Part shown: piece after piece, positions 10,844 to 21,982 of the stretch
Layout of the letters: the number at the start of each line of letters is the position of its first letter
Numbering within the stretch: position 1 is the first letter of the stretch
From: Octopus bimaculoides
Taxonomy: Eukaryota
Assembly: GCF_001194135.2 (NCBI RefSeq)
Contig: NC_069007.1
Span: 6,249,597 to 6,307,481, forward strand
DNA: 57,885 bases
Direction of reading: 5' to 3'
Translations under genes and position numbers: made by a program
The notes under the pieces: model-generated
Seen by the model: only the letters and a program-made list of their open reading frames with translations
Database searches by the model: none
Told to the model about the DNA's origin: nothing

Positions 10844-11260
10844 GTAAATCCCCAAAAAGAAGAACAAACACAAAAAGCAACAGCACGAGTATGTGGTACA
10901 TGTAAAGTATTAGCAGATGTTCAGGGAAGGAAAGAAAGATGGTTTAATGTTTCGAGCAACGCTCTTCTTCAGAAACAGAGGAAAGTCCAATAGAAAGGAA
11001 GACGGAAGAAGAAAATCGCCAACAATTCACAAGTGGTTACATTTTGAAATGACCGGAAGGGAATTGGTGGAGAAAAAGTTTTTTCTAAGACAGGAGAGTG
11101 TAAGAGAAGGAGGTATGTGTGGGTATGTGCGTGTCCGAAAGTCTCTGTGTGTGTAATAGCACGTGTGTGTGTGTATGTGGTGTGTGTGGTTTTGGCTGTT
11201 TATATGTGTATGAACATTGTGTCTTGTAGGAAGAATCTAGCAGCATGGTAACAGGAGTGG
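10844..11260 (-). mobile_element. probable Penelope-like terminal-repeat fragment ending at (TA)n
   Basis: Carries the hammerhead-like motif at 10942-10976. Its 3' end abuts the (TA)n at 10781-10843. The 5' boundary is uncertain. Confidence 0.5.
10942..10976 (-). ncRNA. minimal type I hammerhead-like motif with canonical CUGAAGA core
   Basis: Minus strand: GUUU-CUGAAGA-A-GAGC-GUU-GCUC-GAAA-CAUU-AAAC. Stem I is 4 bp and stem II is 4 bp. Stem III is ACAU, probably decayed from the palindrome ACGU. Confidence 0.7.
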
Positions 11261-11269
11261 TGGTCCTTT

Positions 11270-11840
11270 GTGGAGTTGTGTGTCACCTCATATGTGCATA
11301 GAGAAATGGTCAGTAGAAAGGTGTTTGATCGGCAGTTTCAAGTATGTGTGTGCGTGTGTGTGTATCTATATATTGCGTATGTGTATGTGTGCGTGGGGTT
11401 GTGTTATGTGGAGGTATATGTGCGTTCGTGTAAGCGCGTGTATACGTGTGTGTGTGTGTTTGTGTGTGCGTGTATGCGCGTGTGTGAGTGTGTATATGTG
11501 TGNNNNNNNNNNTGTATGCGTGTGTGTGTGTGTTTGTGTGTGCGTGTATGCGCGTGTGTGAGTGTGTATATGTGTGTGTGCGTGCCTGTGTGTTGTGTGA
11601 ATGTGTGTGGTGTGTGTGGGAGGTATATGTGCGTTCCTGTGTGCTTGTGTACGTGCGTGTGTCTATGCGTTTGTATGTGGGCGTGCCTGTATGTGTGTAT
11701 ATGTATACACATGTATGTGTGTTGTGTGTATGCGTGTGGTGAGTGTGGGAGGTATATGTACGTTCGTGTGTGTGTGCAGGTGCGTGTATTTTTGCGTGTG
11801 TGTATATGTACGTTTGCATATGTACGTGTGTGTATGTAAG
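11270..11840. repeat. degenerate (TG)n/(TGTA)n low-complexity tract with a 10-N gap
   Basis: Direct reading of the sequence. Confidence 0.95.
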
Positions 11841-12834
11841 TGTGCGTGTATACAGAAATAAAATAAAATATAATAAAATATAATCGATAAATTAATGAGG
11901 AAAAAGTACAAGATGTAAAACAAATTACAAAAATTAATAGATAAAAAATAAAAAAATTAAAATTAAAGGGATAAAATAGAAATTAATACAATTATAAAAA
12001 AATAATGCAATTAAAAAGTTAAACAATTCGACGGAAAGAAAAAAAATGAGAAAGGATAACAGAGTAAAAAAGTAAGTGGTTATAAGAGAGGATAAAATAA
12101 GATACAATAAAATAAAGTAAAATGAAATAAAAAGTTGCCCTTTTAAGGAGTTTGTAGGGGCAGTAGTTAAGAGGAGGGGGTTGTGTTGAGTCCGAAAAGA
12201 ATTTGTGTTTGTAGACTGAAAATGTAACGCTGTTCCAGGCGGATCGAAGCTAGATGTGTCGAAAGAACTGACGCGATTAATAAAATTTCTTGTATCTTCC
12301 ATCTCCTGTCTTTCATTTATTATAAACATATATATATATATATATATATANNNNNNNNNNNNNNNNNNNNNNNNNNNNNNNNNNNNNNNNNNNNNNNNNN
12401 NNNNNNNNNNNNNNNNNNNNNNNNNNNNNNNNNNNNNNNNNNNNNNNNNNNNNNNNNNNNNNNNNNNNNNNNNNNNNNNNNNNNNNNNNATATATTGGAA
12501 GGTTTGGAGGTGATGTACAGGAATTATATTATAGAAAAAAATTAAGGTACTCAGAAATTTGGATGGTTGTACATTTACAGATTTTTATTAATATGTCACA
12601 TGTTTTATAAATCATATAAAGCTCTTTTCACCTAATCTTGTAGGATTTTCAAATTTTTGATTTCACCTTGCGATGCCGTCTCTTTATATAGTTTTATTGA
12701 GTGTGTAGAGGTGGACACACATATACACACAATAAGTTACAGGGACATAAACAAACCAACGGTGCTTCTCAATTCTCAAGCAGTTGTAAGGAAGAATCGC
12801 AAACACAATGACACACACATAGATCATCGTCACT

Positions 12835-13010
12835 GTCATCGTCATAAATTAATGTCTGTTTTCCATACTGGCATGGGTTGGACAGCTAAACAGGAACTGG
12901 TAAATCCAGACTGCGCCGAGTTCTATAGTGTGTTTTGGTTTGGTTTCTATAACTGGATACCCTTCTTAATGCCGACCAGTCTACAGAGTGTACTGGGTGT
13001 TTTTCATATG
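12835..13010 (-). mobile_element. diverged RTE LINE 3' end (family A)
   Basis: TGTCTGTTTTCCATACTGGCATGGGTTGGACAG..CCTTCTTAATGCCGACC. Confidence 0.6.
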
Positions 13011-13069
13011 GCATATATATATTGTTGTGTCTGTGGAGAGTCATTCTGTTTTAATGCCTTATTGATTAA

Positions 13070-13325
13070 CACACTGACTGGTTCGATTTCCACTCATTTA
13101 TTTATTTTTTCTAAAATTTTCGTTTCTTCTTGCAACCTTTTCAATAGTCGTTGAATGTCAATTTTTTTTCTCCGTGTTTTTCTCCTTGTCTCCGTATTCT
13201 TTCTGTTGAAGAGCGTAGCTCGAAACGTCAAAGACTTTCTGTATTCCCGAGCGTCATACTAATATATACTTTTGTTATTTACACCACCTGTCCTCGTCTG
13301 TTGTTATTATTTGTATATTCTCCCA
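13070..13325 (+). mobile_element. probable Penelope-like terminal-repeat fragment
   Basis: Contains the hammerhead-like motif at 13198-13234. Ends ..TATATTCTCCCA at an N-gap, probably a collapsed (TA)n. Confidence 0.55.
13198..13234 (+). ncRNA. minimal type I hammerhead-like motif (variant core CUGUUGA)
   Basis: UCUUU-CUGUUGA-A-GAGC-GUA-GCUC-GAAA-CGUC-AAAGA. Stem I is 5 bp, stem II is 4 bp, and stem III is a loopless palindrome ACGU. Predicted cleavage after GUC (13229). Confidence 0.6.
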
Positions 13326-14951
13326 NNNNNNNNNNNNNNNNNNNNNNNNNNNNNNNNNNNNNNNNNNNNNNNNNNNNNNNNNNNNNNNNNNNNNNNNNNN
13401 NNNNNNNNNNNNNNNNNNNNNNNNNNNNNNNNNNNNNNNNNNNNNNNNNNNNNNNNNNNNNNNNNNNNNNNNNNNNNNNNNNNNNNNNNNNNNNNNNNNN
13501 NNNNNNNNNNNNNNNNNNNNNNNNNNNNNNNNNNNNNNNNNNNNNNNNNNNNNNNNNNNNNNNNNNNNNNNNNNNNNNNNNNNNNNNNNNNNNNNNNNNN
13601 NNNNNNNNNNNNNNNNNNNNNNNNNNNNNNNNNNNNNNNNNNNNNNNNNNNNNNNNNNNNNNNNNNNNNNNNNNNNNNNNNNNNNNNNNNNNNNNNNNNN
13701 NNNNNNNNNNNNNNNNNNNNNNNNNNNNNNNNNNNNNNNNNNNNNNNNNNNNNNNNNNNNNNNNNNNNNNNNNNNNNNNNNNNNNNNNNNNNNNNNNNNN
13801 NNNNNNNNNNNNNNNNNNNNNNNNNNNNNNNNNNNNNNNNNNNNNNNNNNNNNNNNNNNNNNNNNNNNNNNNNNNNNNNNNNNNNNNNNNNNNNNNNNNN
13901 NNNNNNNNNNNNNNNNNNNNNNNNNNNNNNNNNNNNNNNNNNNNNNNNNNNNNNNNNNNNNNNNNNNNNNNNNNNNNNNNNNNNNNNNNNNNNNNNNNNN
14001 NNNNNNNNNNNNNNNNNNNNNNNNNNNNNNNNNNNNNNNNNNNNNNNNNNNNNNNNNNNNNNNNNNNNNNNNATATTCACATACATATACAGACAATGGG
14101 CGTCTTTCAGTTTCTATCTACCAGATCTACTCACAAAACTTTGGTCGACCAAAGGCTATAATAAAAGAGAGTTGCCTACGATGTACCTTTCCCTGCAGAA
14201 CAGAAAAAAAAAGAATGTTTCCTAAATATCCAGTTCAATATTCTTCCAATTGTGATCAGTTGTATATCCGATAGTCTTCAATCAATTATTCATCATTGTT
14301 TTGAGACATTTTCCCCTCGTTTTAATCAATTCTAATTTATCGAGAACCGCTTCCTGAAAGGTTAGCTCTTTTGTTTCCTCTCAGTTCGACCGAATTACTT
14401 CGTTAAACAACATATATAAATGAACTTTCACTGATGATATATGGTCTTTGCAAACATAATGATTGTTTGCATTGACATTTGCTCCGTCTGTCTGCATCGT
14501 TGTGAGTCTCCGCATGTATATCGATATGTATGTGTATCAATGGCGTATATCTGTGCTATTCTTTGACAAATTGGTTCTTGCTGACTCGTTGGTAAACAAT
14601 CGGCTCTGTAATGATAGAATCCACATTTTTACGTGATACAAGTGACAAGATGTCTGGTGTCGAAAACTTATAGATTTTTTCATTTATTCTCGTGGAAATT
14701 CTGAAGATGCTTTTATCGTTTAACATTTACTGGCTACACTCACTCAGCTGTGGCCATGCTGAGGCACAACATTTAAAGGTTTTTTTATTGAATAAACCGA
14801 CGCCAGTACTTTTTTCAGCCTGCTGCTTATTCTATTGATCTTTTATGCTGAGCTGTTAAGTCACAGGGATGTAAAGAAAATGAACACTAGTTGTTAAGTG
14901 GTAGTGGTGGTAGTAATGGAAATACACAAGTACACACACACTCACACATAC

Positions 14952-14992
<41 letters not shown>

Positions 14993-15444
14993 CTACCACC
15001 ATTATACATTCATACATATATATGTATATGATATACATCTATATGTATATATATGTATACGTATGTATGTATGTATGTATGTCTATAAATTTAGGGCATA
15101 AAAAATATACCAGATATGCGAGAAACAAAAGTCAACTCTCCAAAGCCACATGTTTTTTTACTATAAACAAACAGTGAAACGAACAGATTCGCACGGTGCA
15201 GTGTATATATTTTGAAAAAATAGTTCTATGCAGTAAGCTCAGCTGATGATCTTAAGTGTTTGGCACTAAAGGTGTAATCAATTGATACTCAGATGACTGT
15301 ACTTTTCTTTGTTTTTTCAAAGGTAAGGACTATTTTTTCTTTTATTCGCTTCATTTAACCATACAACTGCAACTACGCAGGAACACCATCGTAGAGGGTT
15401 TTAGTCGAAGAAATCGCCCCCAGTTCCTTTTCTATGTTTTCATT

Positions 15445-16185
15445 TCTCATTGTGTTTAAAGAACAAAACCGAGTGATGACATCACCAGTACCGTTCCACA
15501 GTAGTAAATTTACGTTATCCTTAACATATGGGAGAATTTTATCAATCATAAATTTACTAATCTTACCTAGCTCTGAATTGGTAGGACATATTAATCGAAC
15601 GGTGGGTTTGCTCTCGAAACTTTTTTGTGATCTTTCAAAGTAAAATTAGGAACTTTAGAAGTGTATAGCTCAGCTTTATCTAATACATTTACTTCCTTAA
15701 TTAGATTGTTATGTTTCTTATTAATATCGTTCAACTTATTACTAGCTGTTATCTTATATTTGGAATTCAGTTCCTTCAATAAGAATTTATTACATAAATC
15801 AACAGGCAGTGAATAAAGATTTCCTGTTTTGTCGAAAAGTACATGGAGATTTGGGAGACCTTTCAATCTCACGGATAATTTTCGCTAGTCTTTTTTGGGT
15901 AGAGTTTGTATGGTTTGAGAATTTTAATTTTATCAGAATGTTGATAAGATCTTTTTCGGAATTAAGTAAAGCAGAATTCTGTGGAGGGTTTCTCTAAGAT
16001 TTCATATTGTAATTATCCAGTTTTTCAACATTGTTTATTCGCTTTCCTTTAAGTTCGTAGTGAAAAGTACGCCATCTCATCCTTTTTAAGAATTCGCTTA
16101 TCCTTTGTAAAAATAAGTCCATGTATAAATCCTTTGATGGAATAAGGATATTTTTTATCGATAAATTGAGAAACTGTTTCTCCAT
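15445..16185 (-). mobile_element. Penelope-like element, ORF N-terminus through the start of the RT (degenerate)
   Basis: MEKQFLNLSIKNILIPSK..FLKRMRWRTF; DKTGNLY; FTLKDHK..NP / TVRLICPTNSELGKISKFMIDKI..WNGTGDVI. These match PLE motifs KNIPIP, KRMRW, LKDHK and RLINP.K.ELG.ISK. Confidence 0.88.
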
Positions 16186-16227
16186 ATATATAAACACCCA
16201 GAAATTGTTTCTCCATATATATATATG

Positions 16228-17717
16228 CACCCAGAACCACGCTAATAGCTTAGGAGGGAAGTTCAGGGATTCTCGGTTTTCTGTGAATCGATTTTGATAA
16301 AACTTTTCCCAGCTGGTTTGCACTCTATTCATTATCTGTGTAACGTCTTTTCTATTATATTTCAGATTCTTCAGTTTTGGGGGTGAACCACGCTAATAGC
16401 TTTTGAATGAAAATTGCCCATCTAGAATTTTTTCAGAAAATGAAGGGTAATGATACCTATTAAGCATACATTGGGTAAATATTCAAAAGAAAACCATAAT
16501 AATATTATGACAATTATTGACAATGAATTATTTATCCACATGAGCGCCATATCGACGGGTAACTTCAAAAACCATGTTAGTCGTAGAATCTGTCAATTTC
16601 TTAATAGTAGCAGGTTGGACTGCTTCCGCTGCAGTTTTGATGGTCGTCCATAAGATATCATTCAACGTAAATTGGCGTCCATCGGCATAAACATCTTGTT
16701 TAATGATAGAACAAAATTTTTCGATAGGGTTGGGATCCAGAGATGCTGGCGGCGACACCATCAACCTTTCACCTTGTGTGCCGTAAGACCCTAGTAATGT
16801 TTAGGTGGTCCTAGCAGAGTGGGAAGGAGCATTGTCATGCATGAATACGAGATTCCTTAGAAGTGACAGCAGTATGTCATCGAGCCAGAAATCCAAAACC
16901 TCTTTCAGGAGATTGCAGTAGGCAGCTACAGTCACTTTAATTCATTGAGACACCCTGACTGGGCTAACAAGTCTGTCCTCGATGATACCAGCCCACAACA
17001 TGATTCCGCCACCCTGTTGGTGACGCTCATCTCCAAAATAGACTCAACCATTTGCCCAACCGTCAGGTCCGTCAAGGGTCACCCTGGTTTCATCAGTGAA
17101 CAGAACACTATTCGTGTCTAATGTCATGTACTTTTGGGCCTATTGAAGCCTCGAATTCCTATGAAGTCAGTTTCAAGGGTCCTCGCACTGGCGCTTTGAT
17201 CCCGTGGATGCGATTTCTGGTGGTTTTTCAGTACATGAGGAGGTTCTGAGGCAGTGAAAATGGCTTTGCTTGTTTGTCCAGGTTTCCCACGAAACTTGCG
17301 GTCAATATTTCTTAAATCCCTAGTTGTTACTCTCTCAGAGGTCCCACAATCGGATAGTTTCTTCTTTGGTGAACGGTCCTTCAGCAATCGTCTAACCGTG
17401 TCCACATGACAACCTAACTTCTCGGCAATGAATGTGAAGAGAAGTGCCTTTAGCACTTTCATTGATGATGACAGACTTTTCTTCATCGTTAAGGCCTTTC
17501 CCACGTTCCATTGTTCTTAGAGAAGAGAGACACTATTAGCATGGTTCACCCAAAAGCTGAAGAATCTGAAATAAAAATAAGAAAGGACATTGCACAGAAT
17601 AATGAAAACGTAACAATGGTGTCGCCATAGTGTGCAAACCAGCTAGGAAGTTTGAGCAAAAACTGAGAAATCGAAATCCTAAATTTCTCTCCTAAGCTAT
17701 TAACATGGTTCTGGGTG
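16228..17717 (-). mobile_element. near-full-length Tc1-like DD37E (TRT-like) transposon, ~1.5 kb, with long IR-DR terminal repeats
   Basis: Termini CACCCAGAACC at 16228 and its complement ending at 17717 next to TA. Imperfect TIRs of ~170-190 bp with an internal direct repeat AACCACGCTAATAGC. Degenerate transposase with LFTDE, QQGGGIMLWAGI and FMHDNAPSH..NPIE (37 residues between D and E). Confidence 0.9.
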
Positions 17718-17894
17718 TATATATATATATATATAAATGACAAAGGAAAGAGAAATTATGCAAAGAACTTCATTAGCTCACAGTTGTTCCTGCTATAGGA
17801 TTCAATGCACTCATAGTTCAGTGCTTGCGTATCACACTATAACTTCCTTGGAGCTTCAAAAAAGCAATATATATATGTATGTGTGTGTGTGTGT

Positions 17895-17988
17895 GTGGGG
17901 TAATGAAAAGTTCTGGCCTTAAGGATACCAAGAAAGGCCTGGTTGGAGGTCTAACCTTCCGAGTTCTTTTACAGGGCTTAGAAAAACT
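17895..17988 (+). mobile_element. internally deleted mariner remnant
   Basis: TIR-like GGGGTAATGAAAAGTTC followed by AWLEV*PSEF / LQGLEK, resembling a mariner transposase C-terminus. Truncated by a gap. Confidence 0.45.
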
Positions 17989-18168
17989 NNNNNNNNNNNN
18001 NNNNNNNNNNNNNNNNNNNNNNNNNNNNNNNNNNNNNNNNNNNNNNNNNNNNNNNNNNNNNNNNNNNNNNNNNNNNNNNNNNNNNNNNNNNNNNNNNNNN
18101 NNNNNNNNNNNNNNNNNNNNNNNNNNNNNNNNNNNNNNNNNNNNNNNNNNNNNNNNNNNNNNNNNNNN

Positions 18169-18229
<61 letters not shown>

Positions 18230-18354
18230 ATACACTCATGTATGTATATGTAGAAATACATATACATATATATTTATATATATATATACATATATACACA
18301 TACACACACAAGCATATATATATACGCACATACATATATACGCACATACATATA

Positions 18355-20030
18355 TTCACACTGCCATGTGTGAATATTATTCTTAAGGTCATTTACTCAC
18401 TCTCGGCCACTTCTAGGCTTTGTCACTGACTCGGTTTTAACCAAATTAAATATTTACATTTTTAGATTGGTCACATTCTATGCTACATTTCCAGTTACAT
18501 AACTTGAAAATTGTTTCGGTAGAAAAACTGTTCCAATAAAATATGTACGGTCAAAAACGGGAGAATAATGCCTGAAATCGAATTTGACTCCAAATATTAT
18601 TCTTATTTCAAAAGAAAACTATATTTAAATTTAACTTTTCTGATATATCTTCACCAGAGGAATTAAAAAAAAAAAACTACTGGGGCCAAATGTGCCGAAA
18701 AAAGTGGTAACACCTAAAATCAAATTCAAAATCTAAAATTTTTCTTACCTCATATGATAGATCTCATCAAGACGAGTATTGTGGTACTAATCTTTTCATA
18801 CAAATATCGTTCACACCCGGTAGTGTGTGAACGATATTCTTAAAGTCAATATTTACTCACGACCACTTCTAGGCTTTGTCACTAACTCAGTTTTTAACCA
18901 AATTAGATGAGGTTTATATTTTTAGAGTGGTCACATCCTAAGCTACACATCGAGCTAAAATATTTGAAAATTGGTTCAGTAGAAGAATGTTCGAGTCAAA
19001 TACGTGAGGTCACAAACAGGAGAATAACGCCTGAAATCGACTTTGAGTCCAGATATTTTTTTTTTTAAAGAATCTATATTTTATTTTAGCTTATATGATA
19101 GATTTCTACGACAGGAATCTATTCATATTAGTTATGTGCAAAAATATTCAGTGGAAAGAAGTACTGGTGTGAAAATCGGCGAAAAAAAAGGAGATTAACG
19201 CCTGAAAATCGACTCCAAATATATTTTTTTCTTTTCAAAAGAAAACTATACTTAAATTCAACTTTCCTGACAGATCTCAGATACAGGAATCCCATGATGC
19301 TACTTACATAAAAAAAAATCTTAAATAAAAAAACTACCAGTGCCAAATGTGCCGAAAACAGTGGTAACGCCTAAAAGCAAATTTAAAACCTAAACATTTT
19401 GTTTTTGTGTAAAAAATCTTGATTTCGTTTAGCTCATCTGATAGAACTCACCATGACAGACAGAGTCGTTAACACGCGGGATGAAAGCTTCACTGCATTT
19501 TGTCTATCTCTACATTCTGAGTTCAAATTCCACTAAGGTTGCCGTTGCATTTTATTTTTTTGGTAAACGATAAAATGTATATCAGCTGAGCAATGAGGTC
19601 GATGTAATCAATTTCCCTCCCCTCTCGATTTGATGGTCTTCTGCCAAAACTGGAAACCAATATTACAAGATATTTTATTTATTTCAGTATATTGGTATCT
19701 TGCAAAGATCTACCTTATATTCATTGAATACACTATATTGTAATAAATACATATTGTAATAAATATCATTCACATACGGCAGTGTGTGAATAATATACTT
19801 AAGGTCAACATTTACTCACTCGCGACCACATCTAGGCCGTGTCATTAATTCAGGTTTTATCAAATTTGATAATGTTTATACGTTTTTAGATTGGTCACCT
19901 CCTAAGCAACATTTTGAACTAAAAAACCTGAAATTTGGTTCGGTAGAAAAATGATTGAGATTTCAAATATGTGACGTCGAAAAATGGAGAATAATGCTTG
20001 AAATCGACTTCAGGGATATACACGCGATGC
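18355..20030 (+). repeat. degenerate tandem array of hairpin-headed units of ~450 bp or longer
   Basis: Units start at ~18355, ~18803 and ~19762 with TTCACA..GTGTGAA, followed by ACCACTTCTAGG, TTGGTCAC and GGAGAATAA(C/T)GCCTGAAATCGA. Confidence 0.85.
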
Positions 20031-20289
20031 TGCATACATACTTTCGTAAATACACACACACACACACACACAAACAAACAAACAATGCACACACAGACAC
20101 ACACATACACATGCACATACACATAAGTAACTTTTAAAACGCCAATGAAGGGAAATAAAGATGAGTGTGACGAATAGGTAGCTTTCAAGAATGAGGGGTT
20201 AAGTTAACAAAACTGATGACTAGAGGACTCTTTTCTGCTGTCCATCGTAAAGAAACACTCACACACAGACACACACACTCACATGCATG

Positions 20290-20671
20290 CATACATACAT
20301 ACATGATGGTTGGCCCTCGTTATCGAGTATGGCCATTGCACGAAGCTTAACTTAACGGTGCTGTGATCGAATGTGACTTTTTAGCCCAGCCAAAGATCTA
20401 CAATCTCTTGCACAGAGTTGGGAGACCAGCAGTCGCCCATGCATACCAGCCTCCCCTCTCCACACCACTGGTGTTGTCTAAGGGAAAGGCAAAGGCCAAC
20501 ACATCTTGGCACCAGTGACGTCACAACTCATTTCTACAGTTGAGTGAACTGGAGCAATGTGAAATAAAGTGTCTTGCTCAAGAACACAACACGCAGCCCA
20601 GTCCGAGATTCGAACTCACAACCTCACGATCGTTAGCCCGACGCTCTAACCACTGAGCCATGCACCTTCAC
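20290..20671 (-). mobile_element. tRNA-derived CORE-type SINE (family G)
   Basis: Minus strand: A box TGGCTCAGTGG, B box GAGTTCGAATC, then TGTGTTCTTGAGCAAGACACTTTATTTCACATTGCTCCAG (CORE-like). A second, older copy lies at 37790-38053. Confidence 0.8.
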
Positions 20672-20676
20672 TAAAA

Positions 20677-20723
<47 letters not shown>

Positions 20724-20839
20724 TTACTACTTCATTTCTTTGACATGACATGATATTTGCAAGTGAGTGTTACCATCAAGGAAGGAGTATCCTTCATTTC
20801 CAATCTTCAATGAAAAAAATGTCTGGTTATGGGGAAAAT

Positions 20840-20990
20840 ATTACCTTACTTGGAAGGCAGATGAGGCTTGGTGACAGGAAGAGTATCCATCTGTAGAAAA
20901 TCTGCCTCAACAAATTGCATGACCCATACGAATGTAGAAAAGTGGACATTAAATGATGACGATGATGATGATGGCGATGACGATGATGAT

Positions 20991-21021
<31 letters not shown>

Positions 21022-21059
21022 AGCAATGATGATGATTGATGATGATGATATTGATGATA

Positions 21060-21109
<50 letters not shown>

Positions 21110-21192
21110 ATTGATGATAATGATGATGATGATAATGCATGATGATGATAGCAATGAGGATGATTGACGATGATGATGATGATGATGATGCT
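20840..21192 (+). mobile_element. RTE-type 3' end (family A variant) with expanded (GAT)n tail
   Basis: GTGACAGGAAGAGTATCCATCTGTAGAAAATCTGCC..GTGGACATTAAATGATGA followed by ~240 bp of (GAT)n. Confidence 0.6.
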
Positions 21193-21504
21193 ATCCACAC
21201 GGAAATGTATTTTGATAAGCACAGATTCTAACTCTTCGGATGCCATATAAGATTAACAACATTTCAAATAAGAGACGTTAATCAGTGTATCATGGATTAA
21301 TCCTTAAAAACTCCATTTTTTGAAATGGAATATACAGTGTTTCATATCTGGAGAAGATAATTAAAGAAAATCAAAAAAAAAAACTAACAAAGCTAATCTT
21401 CTTCCACTACTCTTCTCAAAAACATGAGAAACCAAAATTATATTTGTGAAGCGCCTGCAGAATGCCTTTGATATTTTCCAACCAAAGTCTTCTCTTTAGT
21501 CCAC

Positions 21505-21800
21505 CAACATTCAGATTACTATGTCAAATGTAATTCTTATTTATCCATATTGTTTTGAATTAATCATGCACTATCTTGTAGTTTTGAGATTTCAATGATG
21601 TGATGGTTTATGTTTAGAATGATATTGTAGGGTAGGTGTGAGAGACCAGATTAGGCCAGTTTGAACATAAAACAGGTAGATTATATGGGCCTGACGGGGC
21701 TGGTTTAATCCTTTCACATACAGATTATTACTCTGTCAAATGTTCTATTTATTTATTCACATTGTTTTGAATTATTCATTATCTTGATGCTTTGAGGTCT
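21505..21800. mobile_element. MITE-like repeat with a partial tandem second copy
   Basis: CAGATTACTATGTCAAATG..TTGTTTTGAATTA at ~21510 recurs at ~21720 after ..GGTTTAATCCTTT. Superfamily is uncertain (TTAA/CCC-like ends suggest piggyBac). Confidence 0.45.
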
Positions 21801-21982
21801 TGGTGAAGTTCTACATCATTTATCTTTCACTCATTAGACCGTGGCCATGCTGGGGCATTATTGCCTTGAAGAATTTTAGAATGAATTGACCCCTGTACTT
21901 ATTTTCTGTTAAACCTGGTACTTATTCTATCCAGCTTTTTTTTTTTTTTTTTTTGCCAAACTGCTATGTTACCAGTACAAAC

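Noticed and set aside
11850-12330. A-rich segment ending at (TA)n, possibly another PLE terminus
   Set aside because: I found no hammerhead core or coding motif on either strand, so it is left unannotated.
14187-14192. 6-nt minus-strand microexon GGAAAG after a strong polypyrimidine acceptor
   Set aside because: The donor (GTACAT) is weak, there is no other support, and it abuts a SINE remnant.
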